Shown here: piece after piece, positions 49,793-60,528 of the stretch
Numbering within the stretch: position 1 is the first letter of the stretch
How the letters are laid out: each line of letters starts with the position of its first letter
Source: a virus
Lineage: Duplodnaviria; Caudoviricetes
Direction: 5' to 3' (one strand)
Length of the DNA stretch: 64,000 nucleotides
IMG/VR virus record: IMGVR_UViG_3300028591_000014
Location: 38,957 to 102,956 of that record
Translations under genes and position numbers: made by a program
The notes under the pieces: model-generated
What the model saw: only the letters and a program-made list of their open reading frames with translations
Databases searched by the model: none
Told to the model about the DNA's origin: nothing

Positions 49793-52700
49793 ACGTTATA
49801 TAAGTTATAGAATGTATTAAACGATTTGTTATTAGGAATACCAACTATATCTACAGATGCTACATTGGTCATACTATCGACCTTAACTCCAGATGGAGTA
49901 AGTGCTGTAGGATTAACAATACTTATCTGCGTAGGAGTACCAAGTTCGTATTTAGTAATTCCAGATCCTTGTGGTATAGAAACATTTATTGTCGTACCGC
50001 TAGCATCAACCTGAGTAAGCTTGGTATTTGCCGTAAGATCAATACTTGATGTAAGACCAGTACAGTTCTGTATAGACAGTGTCCTAAGTTCTGGCATCTC
50101 TGAGAAGTTCATTTGATTTACAGACTGCCCATCTATGGTGATATTGTTAGTAAGTGCTGTACATTCATCTAAGATTAAACCTTGACAGTTAGGCAGATAT
50201 TTAAACAAATAACTACCGTTATATGTCTGTAGACTCTACAAGTTTGCTCCAGATGTACTAAAGTCTATGGTACCAGTAAGAGCAAATAGATCAACTTTAA
50301 ACAAACTATTCTTACCTATTGCGGAACCAAATTGTGTTTGCCATGCCGTATTTATAGGATCAAACATATGCGTATTTATAGACTGTACTACTGCAGTAAT
50401 ATCATCTTGCACGAGGATATTCTTTGTACACTGCATTGTATAACCAGATGCGAATAACACAGATGCTGTAAGTAAATACTGTTTTACAGACTGCGGAAAT
50501 GCACCATCTGCTATTATCTTTATTCCATTCTTAGATGTGCTCTTACTAATTCTTATATATGGATCCTGAAAACTCTCCAATTGATCTCCGCTTTCTCCAG
50601 TAGTAAAACTAACTTCAGCATTGTCATCAAGTCTCTTTAGCGTATATGTAACACTTCTTACAGTAGCAGAGTATGTCTGATTTGAATCTACAAAGAAGCT
50701 TGCAGCAGTACCGCTAGCAGGAAACTCTATGTATCCAGGAGATTCTTTTAATAATGTAGTACTTTCTGGAGTGTGATTTATAAACAAATCTGTTGGATAT
50801 GATGCTGCCAATACGTGCAATGTAGTATTGTATGGAACACCAGATGCAGATGTGTATATTTTTACATCATACCCAGTATCATTCGGGTTATTTATACCGA
50901 AGTTACTTTGAGTAGATTGTATATACGCTATGTTATCTATAGTGTCTTCTGCCTGTATTACCGTCAATCCCATATATCTTCCAGAAGGAGTACTACCATC
51001 TACGGGACCTATTGCCCATATATAGTTAGTAGAACTATCTTCTGCAAGTGAGAATCTTGTAGCATTTAATGACGCAGAGTTTCCTTCAACAAGCGTTACA
51101 TTGCCCTGTCCATCTACAGTTACATTACCACCGATATTGATCTGTATGTACTGACGTTTATGGTCTACAACCAGTCCCGATGAGTTCTTTGTAAATACAG
51201 CATCTCCGAACCAACCTTTAATGTTGTTCAACTGTTGTGCGGTAAGATCTGTTCCAGTATCCTTCAATACAATATAACCCTTAAGACTTGTCTAGTTACC
51301 AAGTTGTGCGATATAGCTAAGCTCTGTATATGTGAGTAAGTTACTAGCACCGACCGTTGTATCAGACCAATTAACCTTATCCATAATAAGATTGTACTGA
51401 CTAAGATCTGCACCAGAAGTAACAAGACTGTTTAACCAGCTCTTAACCATCTTAATAGACTCTACAGTAGAACCAGTACTGCCAAGTAACGATATATTGT
51501 GTACTTCTGTTGGGAATGTACCAATTTCAATTCCTGAGTCTCTACTTATTCCGTATACTTGACTGAACTCTGCGGAAGCACCGCTAATCACGTTTGTGTG
51601 CCAGAACGAAAGGTTATTCCATGTTGAGTTGTTCATCCATATTGTATATATGGTATCTGGCAATTCAAGATTATCAAAGTTGTTACCAGACTGCGAACTA
51701 TACATGGTTGTAAGACCAGAACCCATTGCCTAAAGTTCGGTAAGAGAACTTATGTCGTAGCTGTATATAAGCGGGTTTGTATCTGTTTGATTCAACTGTC
51801 CACGGATATTCAAGAATTGTAATGCCTGGAATACATCAACGCTACCCTGTATTTGGCAACCTAAAGATGCGAGTGTACCAGTATACCCAGGACCGCCGGC
51901 TGTAACAGGTATTCCAACAGAAAGTCTTTTCAACGGAGAGCCAAGTACTTCAGAATATATACCATCCAAAGTAACACCATCTAATCCATGTGATATTTCA
52001 CTAAGATCTATATCCTCCATAAAGTTCGCTCCATAGAACAATATTGGGTTCTTTGTAGCAGAACCGATAGCCATATTGAATTCGAACGGATGCAGTTTAT
52101 CCACTGATCTAGTAGCTTGAAGAACTCCGTCCTTTGTGACTGACATGTACGTTTGCTTATTCGGAGTTATTCTTACATATTGATTAGATCCTTCTGTCAC
52201 ATAAGCACGAACGTATATATAATGGTTTTTGTAGTCTCCACAGAACCACTTTGCATCATAGTAGTCCATCGAATTACTCAACCACCAGTGTCTATGTGTC
52301 ATACGGGATCCTTGTAACCAACTAAGCCATGTAGTATCTCCATTTCCAGATTCTACGTATTTGAAGAATCCGCTTTCATTGTACATGATTTCGCACCACT
52401 TTGCAGCGTAGTTATTATCAAACATATCTGAAATAATATTATACTTCAGACCAGCTGCAAACAAAGCATCTGCTACCTTTGGTACTACACCATTTATCCA
52501 CTCGTCCCATGCCTCAAGAGCGTCAAATAACCAGTTAGATGTCACTACGTTTCCATTATCGTCAGCGCTTCTACCAGATATTGCATACGTTGTTATAGAA
52601 AGTTTAGTATTACGATCTATAGGTGGATTAAATGCTATACCACCATCGTTCTTATTACCAAGAGCAATATCCATATCCCAAGGCTCATAGTGCCAATGCT

Positions 52701-55700
52701 GACCATCATATGTCTTCAGCTGTGCATTACGCTCGAGCGAGTCAACAAGACCGAATCTGAGAACGAAGATATAATAAGCAGCCATCTTATACAAATCAAG
52801 ATGCTGCGCTGCCTCAGCTTCGAATTTAGCCTGATTGTGATATGTGCTTGTAACCCACTCATGGAAGTCTATAAATGGTTGTGCTTTTCTTACATACTTT
52901 GAGTTTGGATTAAACTTGTCTATTCCGTTCTTTGTATCATCCTTTATAAGATCATCTTCATCTGGATAGATCATTTCAAACATCTATTCCCAGTTATACA
53001 TTCTTGTGACGTTTCCAGTAGATTCGTCTATAATAGACACAACGTCTGTAAAACCGGCGTGTGTCATATATGACGTAAACGGTACGTTAGAACCCACAAC
53101 TTCAATACGCAACACATTCTTATTATCCCATACTAGGTTAGAAGACGTATCATCGTCCTTGTGAGTATTTGTAAGACAGAACGGATCTGACGGAACTGCA
53201 TATATACTACGCTCTCCAAAGCAGAAATCAGACTTCTTGTCGTCCATCCATACATATTGTCCTAAGAACGTACGAGTTCTATCTCCTGCCTCATTGTAGT
53301 AGAATACTGCGCACGGGAATGAATCTGGAGATACTCTAATGTCGTATGGGAATGGTTGATTAGTAACATCTCTCCACAACGTATTCTGCTTATTTGGTAC
53401 ATTGCTATATCCTTCTACCCATGTACCATCCTCTCCGATAGTGGTGTCGTTGTGGTGTACAACTTGGCTAGTAGAGAACAACTGAGGTTCTGTTCTCAGT
53501 TTAAACTCTCCGTCTATCTGAGCATTAAACCAAGTCTCTTGGATAAGTCTTTGAAGTCCTCCATTGTGTACGCCAGAAGAGTCTGCATAGTTGGCTTGTA
53601 ATACAAACTTGTTCGCAGGAATAGAAGGTTTACCTCCATCTGTAGCAGCTTTCATTACGTACCTATTCTTATTAAGAAGTAGATCTGCTTGCGCAGTAGT
53701 TTCATACAAAGGAACCGTGCCCTCTTTGGATTTGTTTAGCCAGAACTTCATAGATGTTATAGGATAGTGAAGCGTAGACTGTCCGTGCTTTCTAATCTAT
53801 ACATTGTTTATTTTGAAGTTCTTACTGGCATCAGAAGGACAGAATCTTTCGATTGTGACATTTGTAGTAGATCCGTCTTTATCAGAATCTCCTCTAAGTA
53901 TATCAGAAAGATCTCCAGAAATAAGAATAGTATCAAGCTTGTTTTTGCAGAGATCAAAACTTATCTTTCCAGACAAATCAAGGATATTATTGTGTTCTGC
54001 TATCTGCGTCTTGTTTTGGCTGTCATACAGATAGTTATTATAAGCATCTGTATAAGTTATAGCGTAGTCGTAAACCCTTATATTATATACACGAACACCA
54101 GAAGCAGATCCTCCGATCTTCATTGTACCACTGTTTGCAAACGACTTTCCTGCTGCAGAAGCAGCTCTTTCAAGTATACCATTGTTTACGATATACGCAA
54201 GGCCTGATTCAACAGTACGCTGCTCTGAATCTTCTGGAATCGAATTTATAATGAACGCAAGCTTCAGACTCTCATTTGCCTTATAATTCGTATGTACAAC
54301 TTCGTTGTTACTATTATCGAACAATGTAGCAGTATCTGGAGTAATCTCTACTCTGGCTCCAACAGGGTCACCTATTACAATAAGCTTATCTTCATTGTCT
54401 ACAATCTTCTCAGACTCAAACTCAACCTCAATGGTCTTACCTTTTGTAAATTCAAAGCTGCTAAACGGTTGAAAGTTAATAGTGGCGTACTCTGTTTGAC
54501 CAGATGTACGGAAACTATTCTTGTACCAGCCAGAATTAGTATTCCAAGAAATGTTTGTAAATGAGGTGTTTACTACCTCATTAACATCTTGCCATTGTGC
54601 AGGGTTAGAACTGTTGTTTGTCTTACCGTATGCAGACATCTTTAACTGGTAATATCCAGTTTCATTAACAACAATCTTATTGTTCTTTGCTATATATATT
54701 GGAAAACTAGCTATCAGAGTTTCTCCAAAATATGCACAAAGGAATGTCTCATGTTCATCCTATGTATATATAATAGGTACGTAAGACAGGGCTGTTGCTC
54801 TTTCCTGATTATTTGCTGTTATAGAAGACAGTATTGTTGGATTTTCATCATCCATACCATCTAACAGTTTCCACACAACAGGAATAGATGTATTAGTTTG
54901 TAAGCTATCCGTATAGTATCCCCACTGTAATGTTTGCTCTTCGTACTGAGTAGCATTCAATAACAGCGAACTAAGAGGGAAGTCTCCACTACTAAACGAC
55001 GTAGATATATTTATAAACTTATTTGTGCTTCCGATAACACTAGATGCTACTGTAAATGTATAATACAACAAATTACTATTTACTATTGTATTACCATCAT
55101 TATACTTTGCTTCTGCCCATATCTGGAGGCTGTGCGTCCCCTCAGATAAATTGGATTGCAGCATTTGTGTCTGTGTTACCTTGGTAGGACCATTTTCTAC
55201 AACATCATACGAAGCTTCTTTACCAGTACCGCCATCGTCGATTTTAAAATGAATCTTAGCTGTACCAGACGTATTGTTACGCTCAAATATGTAAGGAATC
55301 TGAATAGGATCCGTAGCATTATATTTGTCGTAGAATCTAAACGTACTAGTAAGACTTATCTGCAGAAGATTTACTGTAAACGTTTTTGTGTTTCTAGCTC
55401 CAGTAGAATTACCACGACCTTGTATGGTTACTACATTCTCTCCAGGCTGTAAGTAATCGTATATACTAAAATCAGGGTATGCATCTGATTTATTATACCA
55501 CCTAGTAAATGTATTAGACGTTCCTAATGCAGTATTAGCTATTGTATACGTTACAGACAAACTGTCCGATGAATCACCTTCGTCGTTGAATATATTCCAT
55601 TGAAATGCGATTCTAGCACCTATGTTATTAGTGTCTCCGTATCTTACAAACTTGCTGTCAAATCCGCCGCTATTTGTTGCGGTAAGCTCAAGTTTATAGT

Positions 55701-55965
55701 CGCTAGGCCTTACAAAATTGAATAGTTCCAGATCTTGATTATCAGCTGGGTTTTCCTTCCATATTGCGTACGCATCTTCACTGGAGAACATTCTGTATTT
55801 GTTATTTGCAGCATCTTCGTGCATATAGAACGGCTCCTTTAACTTCTTCTATAAAAGTTCTCTAATGGATCCGCCAGACACCTAACCTACAGATGTGCCT
55901 GTTACAGAGTTTGTTCCTGATACCCAGTCAACAAACTCGTTTATTTTACCTGTGTATAAATCCAT
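49789..55965 (-). CDS. Giant multidomain protein with CotH-kinase-like domain and LRR-like C-terminus (~2,058 aa)
   Basis: Seven fragments co-frame, joined by TAG. VLQANYADSSGVHN, FLGQYVWMDDK, GLVDSLERN...WHYEPWDMDIALG. Confidence 0.75.
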
Positions 55966-55967
55966 AA

Positions 55968-56147
55968 TCAATCAGTCCAAGATGCGTCGTCTAACCACGG
56001 ATACTCGTCTATCCAATACCCGTTAGAAAAACAACTAATTAATTCATTTATTTTACTCCAAACAAGATGTACACCAGAATAGACAGCCAAGATAGTTTTA
56101 GAGTTACTGTATACACCCTGAATATCGTGGTTGTTTATTTGTATCAT
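55968..56147 (-). CDS. Small fibre-associated protein (59 aa)
   Basis: MIQINNHDI...AVYSGVHLVW...SCFSNGYWIDEYPWLDDASW; fills the gap exactly. Confidence 0.65.
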   Translation of the reverse strand: MIQINNHDIQGVYSNSKTILAVYSGVHLVWSKINELISCFSNGYWIDEYPWLDDASWTD

Positions 56148-56152
56148 ATCTA

Positions 56153-57166
56153 TTAGAGATTACTTGGGGTTTGTGTCCAGTGAAGTGATGGATTTTGAGA
56201 CTTGATGTAATTTACAGCTACGATAATATCTCTCCAGCTGCAAGAAAGAATCTCTTCTGCGGTATGCCCAGATGGAGCTACCCATTCATTTGTAGAATCA
56301 TCCCATTTACATTCTGTACCATCGTCTACTACAGGAATGTCTTTAAAGTCGTCATTCTGTGTAATATAATCAACCTTTTTGATTTCCGAATTGAGGTCAT
56401 TAGGATCCTCGCGAATTGGCTCCGGACCTACACGTTTCACAGCATAGATTCTACCATCTTCTTTAAACCTGTATTCATCGGTAAAGATGGATGTCTTCTC
56501 GGTGTTAAATGTGCCAAACTCAGCACCATCACCACCGTCATGCTCAAACTTGATCTTGTTTTCGTTTCCCTTGTTGTCAGCACCTTTAGGCTGAAGAGCA
56601 ATGCCTCCATCAGCTTCACAACGAAGATCAATGGCCTGAGCACGTACTTTTAAATATCCGCGTGTATTTTTAGCAGAGTTTACAGTAATATTCATGACAG
56701 TCGGATCGTCATATAATGCGGTAGATGTATCATCTCCATTTTCATCTTTTTCCTTTGTCTTATTCTTATCTTTAGTAGTAAGAACAATATTTGCTGTATT
56801 TACTTGAAGCTTTACAGGATTGTCATTTCCGTCATGAATTTTTACACTAACTTCTGTAGGATCTTCTCTGTGATGGGAGCAAATTACCACATCATCACCA
56901 GGCTTGATTTGCAAATCGCTAATAGGTTCGATGTTGATCTTACCACCCTTCATCTGTCCATTTTTCTCATACTGATCTGAAAGGGTGGTTTCTATAGTAA
57001 GGTTGTGTTTATCCGCAGAATCAAATACGATATGAGGATCTGACCCACCTATTCCGTTATTAATAGCATCTACGGCAGCATCCACATCTTGTGCAAGACT
57101 ATTCCACTCTGAGGCGTTAAGCTGATCGCCATTGTGTTTCTCAGAATATGTAAAATTCTTTGTCAT
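56153..57166 (-). CDS. Fibre-like structural protein (337 aa, no TAG)
   Basis: N-terminal KHNGDQLNASEWNSL...VDAIN anchor-like motif followed by beta-rich body. Confidence 0.6.
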   Translation of the reverse strand: MTKNFTYSEKHNGDQLNASEWNSLAQDVDAAVDAINNGIGGSDPHIVFDSADKHNLTIETTLSDQYEKNGQMKGGKINIEPISDLQIKPGDDVVICSHHREDPTEVSVKIHDGNDNPVKLQVNTANIVLTTKDKNKTKEKDENGDDTSTALYDDPTVMNITVNSAKNTRGYLKVRAQAIDLRCEADGGIALQPKGADNKGNENKIKFEHDGGDGAEFGTFNTEKTSIFTDEYRFKEDGRIYAVKRVGPEPIREDPNDLNSEIKKVDYITQNDDFKDIPVVDDGTECKWDDSTNEWVAPSGHTAEEILSCSWRDIIVAVNYIKSQNPSLHWTQTPSNL

Positions 57167-57167
57167 A

Positions 57168-57737
57168 TTAATTTAATGTTATTGGGAACGTCCCTCCGAA
57201 CGTCCACGTGTTTGTAAATGTTACAGGGAACTTATCCCCAAATACCCAATTACTTGGTTCCTCTTCACCTTCGTATGTAAAGTAATATGTATCGGCATCT
57301 ATCTCGTCAGCGTCTACCAATGCTTGATATTGACTCGTTGTAAGTGTTACAAGTTTAGGAATATTAGCAGTGATATTCAGATTTCGTATAGCAGTATTTA
57401 ATTCTTCTACAATAGACGTTATGTTTTCTATACTTCTTTCTGCTACTCCCAATCTAGATAGTATATCAGATATAGTAGATTCTGTTACAATATATTCAAG
57501 TTTGCGCTGATATGTGTTCTCAGCGTCAGACGTCTTTAAATAGTCATGTAGATCTACAAGAGTATCGTCACGCATGTATACGTTACATATATACTCTTCT
57601 CCACGTGCCCATATAATATGGCGATCTTGTATGAATACGATGGCGTCCAAAGGAATCAGGTTGTCGTTTAAATCCTACTCGAAATACTGGTACTTCTTGT
57701 AGTTTAAGAACCTAAATTTATGTTTATTATTATCCAT
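57168..57737 (-). CDS. Tail-fibre-associated protein (189 aa, 1 TAG)
   Basis: ATG 57737; AIVFIQDRHIIWARGEEY; LTTSQYQALVDADEIDADTYYF; two WxFGxxFPxT repeats. Confidence 0.65.
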
Positions 57738-57858
57738 TTGAACCCTTATTTCATGTAGTTATATATACGGTTTAAGGGGGCCTTTATCAGGTCCCCTCTC
57801 CGTTGTAGCCATTGCCATCGTATGTACGCAGGCTACCCAAGCTTTTACAACGTTACTA

Positions 57859-58368
57859 TTATGCTTGCTCAAGGCCGCTTTGTGCCTCGCCGCTATCCTC
57901 TGTTGCGGTCTCAGAGTTAGTAGGCTCGCCTTCTGTTTCCGGAAGACTCTGAGATCCCGTCGACGCGCTCTGTTCGTCTTTTGTAGTATCGATATACTCG
58001 ATAAGTTCTACATCCTCAATCTTGTTGATAACAAGTTGAGCAAAGATTTCACCTTCTTTGTACACAGCAGGAATAACATCAGTAGTGGTCATGAAACGGG
58101 CGCTAAGCTCTGTATCGAAATCCTTGACTACAGGAGTATCGCACATACGCAGCGTTTTACCGCATATCGTGCTTGCCGGACGCAGATATCCCTCATATCC
58201 TTCAGGAATATCAACACAAATGCCACTATGACAAACGATGAACAACTGTCCGCGCTCGTTTATCTCAGTAGTAAACTGAGCGACAGTAAGATTGTATCCT
58301 GCACCACTATCTGTGGTACGTGTAGGCGTAACTGCCTTATCTAAAAGTTTCTTAAATTTAATACTCAT
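57859..58368 (-). CDS. Degenerate dUTPase-like protein (probably inactive)
   Basis: IKFKKL..AVTP.R....AGYNL, HSGICVDIPEGYEG and GEIFAQLVI match trimeric dUTPase; motifs II, III and V are altered. ATG 58368, alternative GTG 58383. Confidence 0.65.
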   Translation of the reverse strand: MSIKFKKLLDKAVTPTRTTDSGAGYNLTVAQFTTEINERGQLFIVCHSGICVDIPEGYEGYLRPASTICGKTLRMCDTPVVKDFDTELSARFMTTTDVIPAVYKEGEIFAQLVINKIEDVELIEYIDTTKDEQSASTGSQSLPETEGEPTNSETATEDSGEAQSGLEQA

Positions 58369-58391
58369 CTGCTTTATACTCACTAAATTAT

Positions 58392-58466
58392 TGGTTACCC
58401 CGGCCGGTTCACGCCAGCTTCTCGAGGGTTAGAGCCTCGTGTGTTAGCATCATACACCACAGAGCA
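58392..58466 (-). tRNA. Amber-suppressor tRNA, anticodon CUA (atypical D and T loops)
   Basis: TGCTCTG-TG-GTGT-ATGATGCTA-ACAC-A-CGAGG-CT[CTA]AC-CCTCG-AGAA-GCTGG-CGTGAA-CCGGC-CGGGGTA-A-CCA; complete cloverleaf with encoded CCA; anticodon at 58430-58432. Confidence 0.85.
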
Positions 58467-58521
58467 GTGGCTGGTAGGGGAATCGAACCCCTCGGCCGAA
58501 GCCGTTCCAAAACCACCAAAC
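58467..58521 (-). ncRNA. Anticodon-less tRNA-like element B abutting the suppressor tRNA 5' end
   Basis: GTGGTTTTGG-AA-CGGC-TTCG-GCCG-AGGGG-TTCGATT-CCCCT-ACCAGCCAC: closing stem, UUCG hairpin, canonical T arm. Confidence 0.6.
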
Positions 58522-58588
58522 TTTAATTTCTATTATTTTAAATCAGGTAAGATTTTATTTTAATTACTGTTATGAAAACAATAGTATG

Positions 58589-58638
58589 TTCTCTACCAGG
58601 GGAACGATCCCTGCATTTGACTGTGCCAACAGTAGAGA
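58589..58638 (-). ncRNA. Anticodon-less tRNA-like element C
   Basis: TCTCTAC-TG-TTGGC-ACA-GTCAA-ATG-CAGGG-ATCGTTC-CCCTG-GTAGAGA-A: perfect 7-bp stem stacked on a 5-bp/7-nt T-like arm. Confidence 0.55.
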
Positions 58639-58724
58639 TACCAATTAACATTTTAACTTTTATTTATGGCGCGAGGTTCCAGATGGCCATCTGAATCTCA
58701 GCCTCCCCCGCATTGGCTGTGTCA

Positions 58725-59090
58725 TTAACCTTTCTTGAAAGGCTTTGTGAGCCAATTCCACACTCGCTTGAAAATATTAGGCTTCTTAGGCTCGCACTCA
58801 CATATAGCATTCTCATCTATCTCGTATACATGCATATCGAGTTTCAGATACTCATTGCCGTTAAGCTTTATAACAGCGTTGTTCCAGCTGAACAGATCTG
58901 CCTCATAAGCATAGATAGAATCAATACAAACGTTAGCAAGCTCATCCATTGTGATGGGAACTCCTGCACGAACCTTTGCTACTGCAAATGCGCGGAGTAC
59001 TTCAGAAATATCCTTATCTCCAACGAGGTTTACTATTATCGTAGGCTGTTTAGCCTTTCTTACTGTTTTCTTTGTAGCTATCTTCTTCAT
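58725..59090 (-). CDS. Hypothetical protein (121 aa)
   Basis: Probable start MKKIATKK at 59090; ends KKPNIFKRVWNWLTK. Confidence 0.65.
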   Translation of the reverse strand: MKKIATKKTVRKAKQPTIIVNLVGDKDISEVLRAFAVAKVRAGVPITMDELANVCIDSIYAYEADLFSWNNAVIKLNGNEYLKLDMHVYEIDENAICECEPKKPNIFKRVWNWLTKPFKKG

Positions 59091-59101
59091 GTTATTTATT
59101 T

Positions 59102-59479
59102 TTAGCATCCAGGTGTTACACTGCAGTCTTCGCATTTATCACAGGTTTCTCCTGCGCATTGCTTAGCTGCCCACTCTTCCTTCTCTTTCTGCTCGATCTT
59201 ACGACGGTTCTTTATATTACTAACCCACTGTTTCGAACGAATTGTATCAAGTACGTACTTATTGAATCTGTTATTATAGAATACAATAAGAATCTCGCCC
59301 TTCTTTACATCGATCTCTTCTTTGTCTTCTCCGCTCTGATACACAATGTGCATAGGCTCTTCGATGTAGTAAATATTGCGAATCCCATATCGATCTTCAC
59401 AACTAAGTCTTCCAGTCTCGTTAGTCTCTGTATCTACGTAAATATTTGTAGAACTATCTGTTAAATATAAAGTCTTCAT
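59102..59479 (-). CDS. Hypothetical protein with Cys-rich C-terminus (125 aa)
   Basis: Intact ORF; C-terminal CDKCEDC; overlaps the upstream stop. Confidence 0.65.
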   Translation of the reverse strand: MKTLYLTDSSTNIYVDTETNETGRLSCEDRYGIRNIYYIEEPMHIVYQSGEDKEEIDVKKGEILIVFYNNRFNKYVLDTIRSKQWVSNIKNRRKIEQKEKEEWAAKQCAGETCDKCEDCSVTPGC

Positions 59480-59685
59480 TTACTATACTCTCTTTGTTTG
59501 TTTTCTTTATATCGTTTCTTGAGTTTGAATTTGAATAACCCATTGAACAGTATGTCTCTTGTATCGTCTGACTTCATTGTATTCACGACGCAAACGAACG
59601 GATGTTTGCATATTGTAGCAACAAGATCTTTATCCAAATTCAAATTCTTCGAAACTTCTTTAATCACATCATCAATCGTTATCAT
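59476..59685 (-). CDS. IHF/HU-like protein (69 aa)
   Basis: IDDVIKEVSKNLNLDKDLVATIC..PF...DILFNGLFKFKLK resembles the HU/IHF helices and beta-arm. Confidence 0.65.
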   Translation of the reverse strand: MITIDDVIKEVSKNLNLDKDLVATICKHPFVCVVNTMKSDDTRDILFNGLFKFKLKKRYKENKQREYSK

Positions 59686-60092
59686 CGCTCGATACCAAGA
59701 ATGTCGTACTGCCTAAGCAGTCTGCTATCTTTAAGCAGATCGAATCTCATTCCTGTAGTGTCTTTAAAGATCACTATATCGCCGATCTTAATGCGCTCGT
59801 AGCTTTTCACGTTCTCAGAATTAGTATAGTAAGCAGGAATTTTAAGGACAACTCCTCTGCGGTAATCCGAATCTACTTCTTTAACCTCTACCTCAACGTC
59901 CTCGAAGTCTTGTGCTTCGATTCCATTTGCATCTTTTACGGGTGTACCAGTTGAGATAGGTTTACTAAACTCTTTCTTCACTTTAATCGGGTCAAGCGGT
60001 TTTATCAAAAAGAAATCAAGGAATTCATACTTGATTTGCGATGATACATCTTCTGCAAGAGCCGCCTGATCAATAATCTTTTCCTCGTCCAT
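59682..60092 (-). CDS. GroES-like co-chaperonin (136 aa)
   Basis: FLIKPL...RRGVVLKI...IKIGDIVIF...LLRQYDILGI follows the Cpn10 pattern. Confidence 0.6.
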   Translation of the reverse strand: MDEEKIIDQAALAEDVSSQIKYEFLDFFLIKPLDPIKVKKEFSKPISTGTPVKDANGIEAQDFEDVEVEVKEVDSDYRRGVVLKIPAYYTNSENVKSYERIKIGDIVIFKDTTGMRFDLLKDSRLLRQYDILGIER

Positions 60093-60505
60093 TACTTCTT
60101 AAGGTCTTTAAGGTAATTTAACACACTCAGAATATTTGTAAGAACAGTTGTCTTCTCTACTTTTACGCACTGAGGAGCCTCTTTAAGATCCTCGTCGAGA
60201 TTATCAAGATCATGTGAATACTTGCAGATGAGGTTGTTTATCTCATCGAATACATTCACAAAACCACGCGTTTTCTCATTTTCACTAACTTCCTCCAGAT
60301 ATCCCTGCTCAATGAGCTCTTTAGCATAGTCTGAAGAAAGACTGAATGTTGAGTTAAAAGTAGAGTCCAGATTATTCTCATCTCCAGCGCGATGGAATTC
60401 TTCGCTGTGATTTGAAGTGTACATCTTACTGTCCTCGTCTAAAACAAATGTGTCCCCTACCTCTGCAGTAAAGAACGGATCAATTACACGTAACGTCTTC
60501 TTCAT
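60092..60505 (-). CDS. Hypothetical protein (137 aa), first gene of the leftward operon
   Basis: ATG 60505 (MKKTLRVIDPFF); stop overlaps the next ATG. Confidence 0.7.
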   Translation of the reverse strand: MKKTLRVIDPFFTAEVGDTFVLDEDSKMYTSNHSEEFHRAGDENNLDSTFNSTFSLSSDYAKELIEQGYLEEVSENEKTRGFVNVFDEINNLICKYSHDLDNLDEDLKEAPQCVKVEKTTVLTNILSVLNYLKDLKK

Positions 60506-60528
60506 AGTTTTCAAAAATTACACTCGCT

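Noticed and set aside
1-58000. Fragmented ORFs read as pseudogenes or sequencing errors
   Set aside because: Breaks are TAG-only, fragments stay in frame, essential motifs are intact and a CUA tRNA is present.
58392-58466. Pyrrolysine tRNA
   Set aside because: 5-bp anticodon stem, 2-nt acceptor-D connector and 4-nt variable loop differ from tRNA-Pyl; TAG contexts indicate Gln; no pyl genes seen.
58666-58705. A fourth tRNA-like element
   Set aside because: Folds as a simple imperfect hairpin with no T-arm geometry.
58-59802. Plus-strand ORFs in the track below 60.5 kb (e.g. 25268..25933, 30915..31616)
   Set aside because: Antisense shadows of minus-strand genes with no recognisable motifs.
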